Shown: positions 50,601 to 57,046 of the stretch, one piece after another
How the letters are laid out: every line of letters starts with the position of its first letter
How positions within the stretch are numbered: position 1 is the first letter of the stretch
Assembly (NCBI GenBank): GCA_044226015.1
Contig: JBGAHS010000006.1
Span: 288,001-352,000 of the forward strand
Length of the DNA: 64,000 bases
Reading direction: 5' to 3'
From: Candidatus Obscuribacteraceae bacterium
GTDB taxonomy: Bacteria > Cyanobacteriota > Vampirovibrionia > Obscuribacterales > Obscuribacteraceae
Notes under the pieces: model-generated
The model's database searches: none
Told to the model about the DNA's origin: nothing
What the model saw: only the letters and a program-made list of their open reading frames with translations
Translations under genes and position numbers: made by a program

Positions 50601-53248
50601 TCACCATTTGGTCCTTCTACAGAACCAATAAAGAGGTTATGACCGGAATTTCCATCAGTCCACCTACAGTCAATATTAACTCTCGAACGGGGGTCAGCTA
50701 GTATTGATTTAACATCAATAGATTTGTGAGCTTCTCGAATCGCTGGATTTTCATGCAGCAGCTCAGGGAGTGCTACCTTCGTCTTGACCGCTTGCTCGTG
50801 TCTTACGCGAACTTCACCGCTTGCCTCGTCATATGCAACAACACGCCATTTTTGAATTTCACCAGTGCTTCTTTGATAATTGACTTCTTCCCCTGGTTTA
50901 GGTACATGGTCACCGTTAAACTTACGGTACTCTTCGCTACCCATGATTCTTTCACTTGGGCGAACAAGCTCTATTTTACCGTCAACAATTCCATTGACGA
51001 TCCATTTTCTGCTACCAAAAGAGACCTCTCTTCCAGGTTCAAGACCATACTCCTTTGCTTTGGCTGGTGCCTCTTCGGCCTTCACAGGTGGTGTCACTAC
51101 TTTCTGCTCAACCTGACGTTGTGCTTCAGCGAAAGCAGCCTCATTATTCCGTTTCAGATCTTCAATCGAAACTGTTCTCTCGTAGGACAAGTCCTTGGTG
51201 AAAACAAGATCTTTTTTCGTATCAGGATCTTTGTAGCCAATTAAACGCCAGCCATCATCTATAGCTCCACCAGTTCGTCTAAGCTTGTAAGTCTCACCTA
51301 AGCGCAACTCTCTACCGGGGTTCAGTTCGTTAACACTTTCTACGGAAGCATCCTTTGATCCCGAGCCAACAATCACGGCTTTCCCCGATTTAGCATCGAT
51401 GGATTTTACTTGCCAAACTAAATCACTGTATCCTACCTTTTGCCCGATTAATCGGTCATATACGTTTTGCTCATTGCCCGCTACAACTGGCTTAGCAGGA
51501 GCATCTTGTGGGCGCAACTGGGGTACTTCCAAGCCTGGTTGATGCGATGGACGCGCTTCTCTGGGCTCACCATAAATCATTTGACGAGGGTCAAATATCT
51601 TCTCCCTTCCACCAACTGCTAGAGTTGTCCAAGCATGATTCAACGCATATTCAGGCGCCAAGCCAGCGGGGTCTCCGCCACAATAACCTTTTATGACCTT
51701 CATCTGAGGACGCTCAGAATCATTTGGATAGAATGAATCGAATACAACTTTGGTTAGAACTGCCTGGTGATTACAGACCCCGGCGCCAGTTCGATTTTTT
51801 GCGGCTTCTAAGAAATCCCCCAGCATCAACCGTCCGCCAGCATGTTCTGCACGAAGTTTGTAATAGCCTTCATCGACAGCCTTGTCGCTCCATCCGGATG
51901 GTTCCAACGCTGCTTTGGCTCTTTTGGCTATCTCTCTAGCTAGTTCTTCGGGGCGATCTTTTAAATGTGAGAGTTCCTTCTTGCACTCCTCGATGAATTT
52001 CGTCAGGGCTGGGTCTTTCCCAGGACGAGTATCAACAACATAAGATGGTCTTGTTTTATCATTGTGATGGCCATTTTCATCAATTCGATTCTGACCACCA
52101 ACAACCTGGAATCCATCAGGAATACGTCCTGAGAATTCATGATTTTTCAAATAAACGTTTGAGGCATCTCTAGCCGTTTGGCTTGCGGCGATATCAGCTT
52201 GGTCTTTGGCGGACTGGTCAGCGTTTGGCTCAATCTTCTCGGCCTTGTAGCCCCCTGGCTTCCACGCTTGTTTCGATGCATCATACACTCCCCAGGGCAA
52301 TAGAATGTCGCGCCCAAGGCGAATCTGATCACCAGGTTTTAACTCAACACCCTTAGCATCTACTGGTATCGTCTTTCCGTCACGAAGAATAGCTGTTCCA
52401 TTTTTACTTCCAAGATCTTGAATAATTACCTTTCCATCAACCTGGCTAAGCAGCGCATGACGCCTACTAACTTGCTCACTACTTATATTGATTTCTGAGT
52501 CAGAGCTGCGCCCTATAATAAGTACATCCCCTGAGGGTAGCTTCATTTCGCTTGCTTGATCTCTTGCATTAGAACGCACACCAATTCTAAAGCCCTCCCA
52601 TTTATTCTCGCCAGTTCGCACACTGGCTATGCTGGGAAAATCCATCAGATCAACAGAACGTTTGACGAGAGGTCTTTCATCAGGTGCGAAATTCTCAGTA
52701 TCAAATGCGGTATTAGAAAGCATCAATTCAGGGGCAGCCTGAGCTACTGCCTCTGGTGGCAAGCCTGCCACCGTCTGGAGTGGCGCAGCCGACAAATTTC
52801 TCATATCTGACATCACATCTGGTGTCAGTTCTTTGCCATTGCCATTGCTTTGTTCACCATGCTCAAGTTCAGCTGAGATGTCCTCAACATCCTCTTGAGC
52901 CTCATCCACTTGTGATATTGGCGAGTCGACGGAAGCATCTTTTTGTTTGGGTTCATCCTCCTTCGATTTGTCCACGTTTAAAGCATCGGCAAATATGCTT
53001 TTCAGCAGCAGCTCAGCATCATCAAGTCCCTTGTCTTTCTTACTCTTTCGAAGCTTGCTATCGAACAATGAGTCAGCTTCAAAACCTAGCCTGTCTTCTG
53101 CATCCTCATGGTGACGAGCAGTTTCTCTTTCGACATCCTTTTCCTCCTGCCGCTGAGCAGATTTATCGTCTGCTTTAGTGTCTGTGCTCTCCCTTTTGTC
53201 CTCGTTGTCCTCATCGGTATCAACGTCAATTTTCTTTGGATCAGGCAT
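35696..53248 (-). CDS. Giant multidomain protein (~5850 aa): FHA, transglutaminase/EDR1-like, PI3/4-kinase/HipA-like, PD-(D/E)XK-like, hydrophobic segment, second FHA, HEAT, YD-like and TPR repeats
   Basis: Uninterrupted 17.5-kb ORF; start MPDPKK at 53248 with agggga RBS; motifs GRSS..SRRH..SKNGT, GVCNHQ..NHAW..IFDP, GDHDQHGLN..IDTDYAF, DACGID..PIDWT. Confidence 0.88.
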   Translation of the reverse strand: MPDPKKIDVDTDEDNEDKRESTDTKADDKSAQRQEEKDVERETARHHEDAEDRLGFEADSLFDSKLRKSKKDKGLDDAELLLKSIFADALNVDKSKEDEPKQKDASVDSPISQVDEAQEDVEDISAELEHGEQSNGNGKELTPDVMSDMRNLSAAPLQTVAGLPPEAVAQAAPELMLSNTAFDTENFAPDERPLVKRSVDLMDFPSIASVRTGENKWEGFRIGVRSNARDQASEMKLPSGDVLIIGRSSDSEINISSEQVSRRHALLSQVDGKVIIQDLGSKNGTAILRDGKTIPVDAKGVELKPGDQIRLGRDILLPWGVYDASKQAWKPGGYKAEKIEPNADQSAKDQADIAASQTARDASNVYLKNHEFSGRIPDGFQVVGGQNRIDENGHHNDKTRPSYVVDTRPGKDPALTKFIEECKKELSHLKDRPEELAREIAKRAKAALEPSGWSDKAVDEGYYKLRAEHAGGRLMLGDFLEAAKNRTGAGVCNHQAVLTKVVFDSFYPNDSERPQMKVIKGYCGGDPAGLAPEYALNHAWTTLAVGGREKIFDPRQMIYGEPREARPSHQPGLEVPQLRPQDAPAKPVVAGNEQNVYDRLIGQKVGYSDLVWQVKSIDAKSGKAVIVGSGSKDASVESVNELNPGRELRLGETYKLRRTGGAIDDGWRLIGYKDPDTKKDLVFTKDLSYERTVSIEDLKRNNEAAFAEAQRQVEQKVVTPPVKAEEAPAKAKEYGLEPGREVSFGSRKWIVNGIVDGKIELVRPSERIMGSEEYRKFNGDHVPKPGEEVNYQRSTGEIQKWRVVAYDEASGEVRVRHEQAVKTKVALPELLHENPAIREAHKSIDVKSILADPRSRVNIDCRWTDGNSGHNLFIGSVEGPNGERIKVMIHKPPAYVRDWVRADNDLAAQKLAERMGSSGLFPATVMRDGMMIQKFVGVEGSNLHTFLHNMSREDAALRAKYSHLDERVFHMMDKIDPKLRTEIARTVAFSALMGDHDQHGLNFVVERTGPNPGDVAIARIDTDYAFNKDGTPQIDRKGNYGGSINGVFKYFSEREIPAEVRAQIKKVSDELNPQGQAERREARERFARETKLSIAQVNALAERALTLSETGKFPKSIDVHAPEGTNKAADIIGTAMVSSFDMNRAAQDLAKAGIKPEAIERLKTAHANLLKEVDVLSKGEGSGSNRDRLEACQSALNAIEKIGDTRNGMDVAKRQALLDLVSAVSKDASLPIDLAKLSLLESQKVVAVNEIAQKLAPLDQMRDAGMEPALVERIKSEMIQLAQAQPDKIPELTKAIDVLKQPGFAKNFGPDRMRVFADLINIPMNAEALEIPYSHFLDPKVSKEVLEFARSRYLEVAPHFKAPHASDTRGNIYEYNASIAAMKACKEEIPSKGKLVFIPAAHGSNADACGIDGIFLDPKGDRVYPIDWTRSLYTKEAKGKAIWAGSPAESAIGNHVPPDGTIGSSLANANETEMRSYVQGFVGKHPSIEASTINKDMRSSFLSFGRLGLDQRYAESVGIKRFHDYFRGQTPANPVLAELYHRANSALPHYNALKALGDRLVKGFEHDAISSAWGGVDLKGGPGKSDVSVDTGSEEYEPRRSAATGKPMKYKEVELDNSVLKEVHKVRLYEDGSIIGMSEFRDKTGRREKQIDLGHISDLAHIVEAQLDVARPAHTRLAQMKEHLRALCDVSASNPIDFKSSNELARVFEVVVSQSAPLSQAANRINRLGDILQKAEGIDEATASEIYKRTGGKKEATEVIQRMAAVIEIESKYKVDTKTADAILSRQEAIVKAEKVDAAVAREAAMLEITRGVSAKDAVELSMKAAEIRALKPSLSAEQGLNIAYSELAVKTLMPEASGQSEFSAALKAAIENAKPGEELKSIYEHLKLEAHERATANKGSEGWFHTYYALDEMSPEKLGKALGIPDGANAELIKERLGLIQERLKEREASVTPSAVESLNVNKSLLNEGVIGRFHEKVNEISNSLRNSPLDAGARLRDSVFDFLKAEGIKDSLLIENNTDVEISKDATKATVEYSTAENKKVTRSDGKFYVEGSKTEIAPDKVMTKIVLPEGLVRGNVGELSRAVYSLVVEQTSRGTDAAALADRAGVRDFVSKSLARHVELPSEVGTVTGSATALDVSKLPPLSSKVAALEITSTGVKIGGFDRDVTFAELWEGRIKGLKEKLQAEEGKAEKDQDKRKIAELKVAIDAESKFVDQLKIADKENPDRIRAEARAREIIKGFRPSETDIERLAGERGPGGAVRGKLVALTILASAFIAYREKAAAAAPPAEIKAGAYEGRPAPDHESVPEFAPEDAGLKAGFVPDVMEKPGSGYKRPTHEDLADNQSGDKAKDAADKPVLAKLDLLPDRKMTTDILMLLLPGIQRNLAIQNEKALLDKKAGVPIIDEKKLKDEWDRGEFGPESKRLWQEASKVMENESLDWMKMLDMRGLQFPPGAVYGPGISESGSQMREGDALFRARLRAGDVKPNLNFSEIKDAQLPTEEDVAKFIRAFAWTIKAQASHNESVLAGQVAYTQESLSKIPSLKPVDWNPPKDGSPEEMLRWRAGALPWIETANRVRTYAETIAAFNAATTTHGRDWPSLNDFFKWQKDVGAAATTFPDDALKDPDFPGKLTRNSNGTVKVELDMPEGIDRNNPANIAKIEKMERWLTKWSPAVDKVTKELTLALAEKDRLLVHVEEGDFEREHKVKKEEVEAFKKANLENPKDPKSPSLLKGDESDVGKFVRLADGQGDWRVLAVKPDGSYELGKRAPNGEEFNLKRYSFDSVPCDKDGKENPKGDYVKVTGYQDYQWARFYSYNNWWGVDSVHKKPTMEAKVFHKNDYVPIFDNGRMRLMPAGKLSDWQTAQERAKQTGNVVNATVDAGMIVSGLYEARAAAMAAKAMKMTGTQVFKAAVKEGAWHFALGATGFGKQAIENLTPFGYGRKINEARHYVILADISIGMLPAGAQKAVWNSVNVFKWGRTAKEAESAVEAYKLGRVVAAGTEVKMTMGLYDTAVRGAHKLYEGWKLPVIGRVLPIGVFPLADCYFLAQFSDTAAAIKDKNDPQRAMLFDAMERHKIARDKDKPLYANPSEATDEQFKQAMKPTIDEYIKRLGNKNQSAESEQIGNAAKEAIKLPANNPDRVKLSVKLAEEWKTATDAKKYAIAAALLNLSKDAEGKYPEQVMGISTSDLQQKLARSPEAIAHKSTELLSKSPSDEDREAYRQELANIYKNPSEPSEKYAAAKALLQLSMGKDGKLSPLDAKSALDINDVATFNNRSAEGLLSRLTESVLKSPDDADRKKLLKDADDKFWSGTEREKVAAAIVLLSLRGNDSLTSQIPNTNQTVAGVLDYLNKRVRNSDDPEVKIAVGDLLFRTAQMGSSSLNVHARMAAEGEKKYNEANEKLAKDPDNEDLKTAAKTAKDELEQLRNAQNDVHDFLKKVNYNAADFASTLMAVIQSDKTPRQVKLDAIASANGPRLAAILQHLKASVEPALLRETDDNARIDGLSGLYGRDSKSIEKFLRGLSSDLAADKDVRALASQALSMVALDRTTVNGIPVTPGSLVEIGSKGDVILDGPGIVPSHAVFKIEADGKQYVAAKDGPVWIARNGDHIPVPKGKLMEVKSGDSVIVGDKDKGRALFLSNEQTDAIAELSKQSKLLGSKPGAISDAYVSNLRKILENPLPPNTDLTPNQRVELLVARLQAAQAAKDLGPEIFGDKKDKAQKIIGDALADCIQTASPEISIAALVKIDAATLANMSVEKADQVRESTFKILKNTPTTEAGFALREVLLNKMPELFEGASKAQQSKAQRYLEALLMPEARQHFRSFDSRTLYPDYVAGRPELRVSALDALTKMNPDKAADLAKLLLSGGDYQGHKVQADFPVVRLQAVKTLEKALPLEVHEIALQALRTEKDPAVLARLRNLEYGQRPDMDPVKAMEEVERLESRVRDRAKPGLLNDGLDTYNKISRNGSEKFWVSQARSLALGSDGFGKMFDPFKPECVEARKALIYAVTHPELHSAEIAAAGLYGPIFNAYKDMDAIKKYASELAGPLEAALLNNPSLSASARHSLVDSYMGLKPGENGVVSKDEAAIVLARVLEAELKRMPRIPLANYDEYGKSVALQEKIVEALRELKSEKIAPILDALSHKEPIKSVDAAGRPQLVDYAGNIRKFEYDSKDRVVKFTEYPSGKVFERDSQEPQFFKTKSGEKIEAPSVQLNKAETCPTDRYQWSTFDRFNVKGDFGDFTYKKDGKSYVQKVNGMLIEEELSGNTRKITLTYPGGKETKEFVFTGDEKKVNVSVTTKPANSVQTWSLDKNYGSFVGKGADGQILSTESLRGMNVLPWNFDKGTLLVLEGGRGGTLRFTDANGAVYTKSGSDGTEQKVFAGYGDAAAHPLRSVSSAAKILSNNQSESNELARKAAELELRYAQKNDPASIFNSPADANKLADFMGKALADRNADGYTVSKSLHMAMFVEPIKGEDDPRLTVLREALRDKNDMVRLTAAQYLMDSPVSLDRNGIAEACADIVKNGSSTGRAKLAQSMLDQLKRIDSSMVEKAISDTPDKPRLGSSERPDNTSAVGNAKYQQAFERIRASLLEGPKDVLSWEWGKWGQVAKELNSSLLTWSGRFEAERQAVNQMLSNLGGLTKFLMGREELEAKKKDAKANVINDVWSSFDQLMLKAMKDGDDSQSVLARKALAFIVMSNGKELGLEDADKVKAVDKAVDAITKICKDSGPGRGDMTWIVQSLLTEKIDLSADNKKKVVDALDSLADPNKGKMNAEVAAGIAALALEQEMRFMPRQGQAGYNESVAYQNRLLDTLQRFGNKEMIPALKYFATQHSDASVRESANKAHQEILKRKNDGIVRIVDQMVSSESSVKFPSIRSAVDQRVPFLVSALNDPKLSEIQRVRAAELLLSPENRGLKETDLKLAASVYAKFALSNKSEELRYKAADFIMDKSNGHFTEEHQFAAARVMAELSQGANSEQIRARAALISAKLDGADSAAAAHGSLDAVKNLKADSAENTARLEKALEETLRRLEASDKLGLAQAAIVRAATLSSSTLGASHPLSKKFATMFAEMAESKTPLEIKDAADSRLAPLKDAINSGDHNLKMAALEYTLKANGIKRAVANDTIKLAVEETTRLAMGESADKPYAISLMKNLRSENLDVALARITPEFPKQEAYDLLAAMPKEAAAKVMNDSLDALKTLVRTQRNLAADLQQDHEKMLKDPKYGELIKNYMKAIGESSDFKLPPHLALRPEILQSKMEHMLKLYGGSNRSPEAEAQLLKAYSFISQLPESKSPQLSEMGQILEKAALDMKARPLSSDDPRLSAIRDLLQVNGLSERIRMGLAVGVLDANSGVKVGDPMRIQAYKVFSELSESNDAVVKSQMQKHFVDAIARISNPIDKNDEALKELLANLPGRGAEQARLELANKVLAKDTKLTKDDYKLWSGAWKQVISCLGSSDASVSAQAKKQIESLEKDNPNKMHLIKEFLEVAQSRLDGKDKRNNEFWETFKSVLDKFETSKSDQVYELVDKWLKANPNTGNEAEDLEKKASNSTRKWESEQLWEQSIAAREKALPADSIELAQARMRYASAMMKGDGYYYNASKIKAQTELALDVIKKNAPNAVETADTISRAAQMMERTRDYGKALSLNLEAAGIYAKDPAKRAEEGYSLAKAAAIQMQCGEMSAAMKNVEKISELLKAPSLSDHDKTMLYAALLQTLKPMMLTDKDGSKNKAIEHLKAVNDKLPSLNFASLSKEEAERAFEAFWWIGQTITDNRESTKEQVALTFNAYEKALEAGLRAKGEKDTSTIGLFNYYASVLERNGQPDKAAVYRSRYEKMMAERTSVPAGAK

Positions 53249-53546
53249 TAAACTTCCCCTAAGCACAGTTACTCTTAGAGATTTACCCGCATAACTCGAA
53301 AGCCTAGACCAGCGCAGGATAGCAATTAATGTGAAAACTGATTTCTTGCGAACTTCCGCATCAGAGCTACAGAAACGTGAATTTTAAGCTCATCGTGGAC
53401 TCGCACAGTTCGCGCCAATTCTAATCAGATAAATTCTGATGCGGTTATCCCCATGTACAACAAACCGAGACTAACTTATCATCCTGACATGTGCGTGACA
53501 GGGCGGGCTGCGCTGGATATCGAACTAAGCGGAAACATGAATTTCT

Positions 53547-56114
53547 ATGCCCGAAATTGGTCATGAGCCCAAAAGTCTCACTAGAAGCCACTTATTGCTT
53601 GACGGTTTGAGCCGAGACACGGCATCTCTGTCAGCGTCAGAGACATTACGACACGAAATCGAGGCTGAGCGAGAACTTCGAGCCAGAGAGAGCGTTCTGA
53701 GCCGATCATTAACCACAGTCATGGGAGCGTTTCGAGGAGAAACAGCGCTTGATCGCTTGCGAAATGTAGGTGATGACCCAGAAAGAATCAAAGCCATAGT
53801 TCAGGGAAATAAACCGCAAAGACTTTATGAGCAAGATGTTGCTGATATTGGCAGCGCAGCTCTAAAAACAGGATGTCTCTTCCTCAAGGGACGATTCGGC
53901 ACGGCAGCCACAGCTGTCATTTATGGACTGGACTCCGTAAAACCCGGAAGTAGTTTTGGAGAAATGGTTGTTGATGGCAGTCTCGGCATGAGCAAGGGAC
54001 TACTCAACAGGAAGTTCCTTGATTGGTCGCACAACCAGGGCTGGTCAATAGGCAAAACAGGCGTCATGTTGGGCGGGTTCAGCCGTCTCACGGAATCTTC
54101 ACTAAGCAGGCAAACCTACCTCGACAAGGATGGACAAGTCGACCTGGGCTTGGGTTCTCGCCGCATCGCTGAGACAACATTCAACCCGGCAGCCATAGCG
54201 ATGGACTACACCCTGTTCAGGTTTGCTGGTTCAGCAGTGAACAAATTAGATGCTCGACTGGGCGGCAAACTAGTGGAGAGTCCTGTGCTGCGAAACGCAG
54301 CCACAGGGGGAATTTTCGGAATGTCGACTGGTTTCTCTGGAGAGGCTCTTCGTCAATTAAGAGAAAACGATTTCGATCCAAAACGATTGGTGTCAATAAC
54401 ACTCACTCGAGGACTTGTTGATGGAGTGGCAGCTATGCCAGGAGGGTATCAGTCGCAGCGCATGGCACGATTTGCAGCAGCAGAAAATGCCAAACTTGCA
54501 CAACCAGTAAGCACTGAAACAGCAAGTATCAATCTGTCTCTGACAAAAGCCAATAATGCATTGGCTAGCATGAGCGAAACAGCGGCAGGCAGAACCGGCG
54601 CGCAACAGTTAGCCGCAGAAGGGCTTCTGAAGACTCCTGAAGCACAGCCTAAAACCCTTGAACATAGCACAGCAAAAACAGGCACGGAGGCGAGCAAAGC
54701 AACTGATACCACAAATGGTGCTAAGCTCGAAGCTTCAGCGACGAAAGTCCAGGAGGCTCCTCGCTCTAACAACCCGGCATCGGCTGAAGCTCTCCGTAGC
54801 GTGCGAGCCGAGATGGGTGCACCCGAAGAGGTCCAGGAAACTCACTACAAACTAAAACCAGAATCAGAACGAGTAAATGAAGAAGACTATCAGACCTGGC
54901 GAAATCTCAACCTGGAGCCAGCCGGTAAACGTCCAATGGAAGTTTACTCCTACAAAGGGCTGGAAATAGCAGTTCCGAAAGACTACAACGAAACACTTTC
55001 TCAGTTGAGACAATGGCGCGCTGAAAATCCTGGTCAGGAAATACCTGAGACGCATCCGCTCTATCAATTCAGAGACCGTGCCCTTCCTGAAGATATCGCA
55101 GCCGCTCTGGACAATGCTGTGCCAAATCCCGCAGAGATTAGAAGAGTGAATCTGCTCAATGAAGAAAGCGTGAGTGATGCCTATTTAGCGCAGCGGTCGC
55201 CTGGGCACAAGTCATCTGCAGAAGCCAATCCGGAGAGGGAGGTCAATTTCTACAAGCCAAAATTGAATGAGTTTTTAGAGAACGACATTTTGCATGAGTG
55301 GTCACACATTGCAAAATGGAGCAACACCGAACTTAGTTATCTCTTCGACCAGGCTGCAAAGGTTGAGGAGTCCGGTCAGCAATGGAACGACTATGCGAGA
55401 GTTAGCCTCGATGAAAACTTTGCTGTTCATGCCTCTGAAGCGATGGCAGGTAAGATAGAACACGCCCGCGAATTTGCAGATAAGGCGCCAGTCAGGGCAG
55501 CCATAATCTTGAAGATGTTCAAGGATGCATTCGACGCTCATCCCCCAAATTCTCCTCGTACGGCGCAATTGAGAGAGAACGTAGACACACTCTACAAGCC
55601 AACTCTAGAGCAAGCCAGAAAAGCACTGGTAAGCGCCATTAATGAATCTAGCAACAATCAGACGGTTGAATCAGCTGCAAAGACTCTCCTTTTTATCGGA
55701 GAAGAAAGCGACTTTGCCGCAATAACCAAACCTATTGCAAAACTAGACTTCACAGGCGAGCCGATTCACACGGAACACCTGGATAAGCTGAGGCTCTTCA
55801 AACATGGCGTAGCCAGCCTCAATCTGACCTCGACAATGACCACAGACGTCAACATCGGAAGTATTAGTAAACTTCCTACTCTAGCAGAACTCACTTTGAG
55901 CCGAACAACGGTTACAAATTGGGGACTTGGTGAATTAGCCAGAGGAAACCGTATTGGAAATCTCGACTTAAGTCATACACTTGTAGATGGTCGTGGAATT
56001 CCGCATTTGAGAACAATCAATCCTGAAAAATTAAACTTGACGGGGACAAGATTCACCGCGGAAGAACTTGAGCGCTTGAAGCAATCGCTGAAAGATAGCA
56101 AAATAAGCCACTAA
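53547..56114 (+). CDS. Hydrophobic Gly-rich N-terminal region plus HEXXH zinc metalloprotease-like domain and C-terminal leucine-rich repeats
   Basis: ILHEWSH followed by YARVSLDENFA; LRRs SLNLTST, LAELTLSRT, NLDLSHT, KLNLTGT; no signal peptide. Confidence 0.78.
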   Translation: MPEIGHEPKSLTRSHLLLDGLSRDTASLSASETLRHEIEAERELRARESVLSRSLTTVMGAFRGETALDRLRNVGDDPERIKAIVQGNKPQRLYEQDVADIGSAALKTGCLFLKGRFGTAATAVIYGLDSVKPGSSFGEMVVDGSLGMSKGLLNRKFLDWSHNQGWSIGKTGVMLGGFSRLTESSLSRQTYLDKDGQVDLGLGSRRIAETTFNPAAIAMDYTLFRFAGSAVNKLDARLGGKLVESPVLRNAATGGIFGMSTGFSGEALRQLRENDFDPKRLVSITLTRGLVDGVAAMPGGYQSQRMARFAAAENAKLAQPVSTETASINLSLTKANNALASMSETAAGRTGAQQLAAEGLLKTPEAQPKTLEHSTAKTGTEASKATDTTNGAKLEASATKVQEAPRSNNPASAEALRSVRAEMGAPEEVQETHYKLKPESERVNEEDYQTWRNLNLEPAGKRPMEVYSYKGLEIAVPKDYNETLSQLRQWRAENPGQEIPETHPLYQFRDRALPEDIAAALDNAVPNPAEIRRVNLLNEESVSDAYLAQRSPGHKSSAEANPEREVNFYKPKLNEFLENDILHEWSHIAKWSNTELSYLFDQAAKVEESGQQWNDYARVSLDENFAVHASEAMAGKIEHAREFADKAPVRAAIILKMFKDAFDAHPPNSPRTAQLRENVDTLYKPTLEQARKALVSAINESSNNQTVESAAKTLLFIGEESDFAAITKPIAKLDFTGEPIHTEHLDKLRLFKHGVASLNLTSTMTTDVNIGSISKLPTLAELTLSRTTVTNWGLGELARGNRIGNLDLSHTLVDGRGIPHLRTINPEKLNLTGTRFTAEELERLKQSLKDSKISH

Positions 56115-57046
56115 ATAACGCCCTCGATGGCGTTTCTAAATTCAGTGAATGATTTATAGGGACCGCAAAAATCAACTCCATCGGATCCGAATTCAAGCCC
56201 CACAGACTTTGCCACCACTCGTGATAATTCTTGCGACATAGTCCTCATTTCATGTGGTGCTCTTACATAACGAAGGGCAGTGAAATTGTGATTTGCTGTG
56301 GTTTCATACCTATGAATTAGCGCAGCAAACTTTTCTGAAAGCTTCGCTTCCATGCTGTTATTTGTTTTCAGAACATGCTCTCCACATGCGATTTCCCAGA
56401 GAATAAATCCTGCAGCCCAAATATCATTAGCCTTGAGCTCAGGATAATAGGAAGGCGTTGTTATAACAGCTGAAAGGTCTCTGCCATTTTCAGCTCTGAT
56501 TCTGCCGTAGTATCCAGGATCAATCAGAGTAATTTGATCTTCAGCACTCACCATAATGTTTTCTGGTTTCAGATCACCGTGCCCCCGATAACGCACGTTA
56601 TGATCAAGACTTTCAAGAACACCGAGCAATTTATGGAACAGGGAGAGGCTAGCAGAATTTGCCTGCATTAGCTTTCTCAAGCTAGGTCCTTGAATAAGTT
56701 CCAAGCGAGCAAAGCTAAAGGCGGAATCATCGACAAATTCAAGGCAATTTACGACTCCAGGAATTCCTGCAATTGCCTCAAGATAACGAGCCTGCTCCCG
56801 CAATAGGTCTTGCGAGTTAGGTACAAACTCCAATACACCACTGCTGATATGTTCCAATGCATGAGACGAGAAACAGCCTGTGTCAACTTCACCGCCACCA
56901 AAGCCGACACCAGCAACTTTCAGTGCAAAACTTCCATTCTTGTCAGTAGCTTTGTAAATTGAGGAAAATGCCCCGCGACCTATGAGTTCTCCAACTTCCA
57001 ATTCGCCGATTTTTAGACCATTCCAGTGAATTTGTTCTTGTTTCAT
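56111..57046 (-). CDS. Hanks-type Ser/Thr protein kinase
   Basis: IGRGAFSSIY, FALKV, HGDLKPEN, LIDPG, NDIWAAG. Confidence 0.85.
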   Translation of the reverse strand: MKQEQIHWNGLKIGELEVGELIGRGAFSSIYKATDKNGSFALKVAGVGFGGGEVDTGCFSSHALEHISSGVLEFVPNSQDLLREQARYLEAIAGIPGVVNCLEFVDDSAFSFARLELIQGPSLRKLMQANSASLSLFHKLLGVLESLDHNVRYRGHGDLKPENIMVSAEDQITLIDPGYYGRIRAENGRDLSAVITTPSYYPELKANDIWAAGFILWEIACGEHVLKTNNSMEAKLSEKFAALIHRYETTANHNFTALRYVRAPHEMRTMSQELSRVVAKSVGLEFGSDGVDFCGPYKSFTEFRNAIEGVI

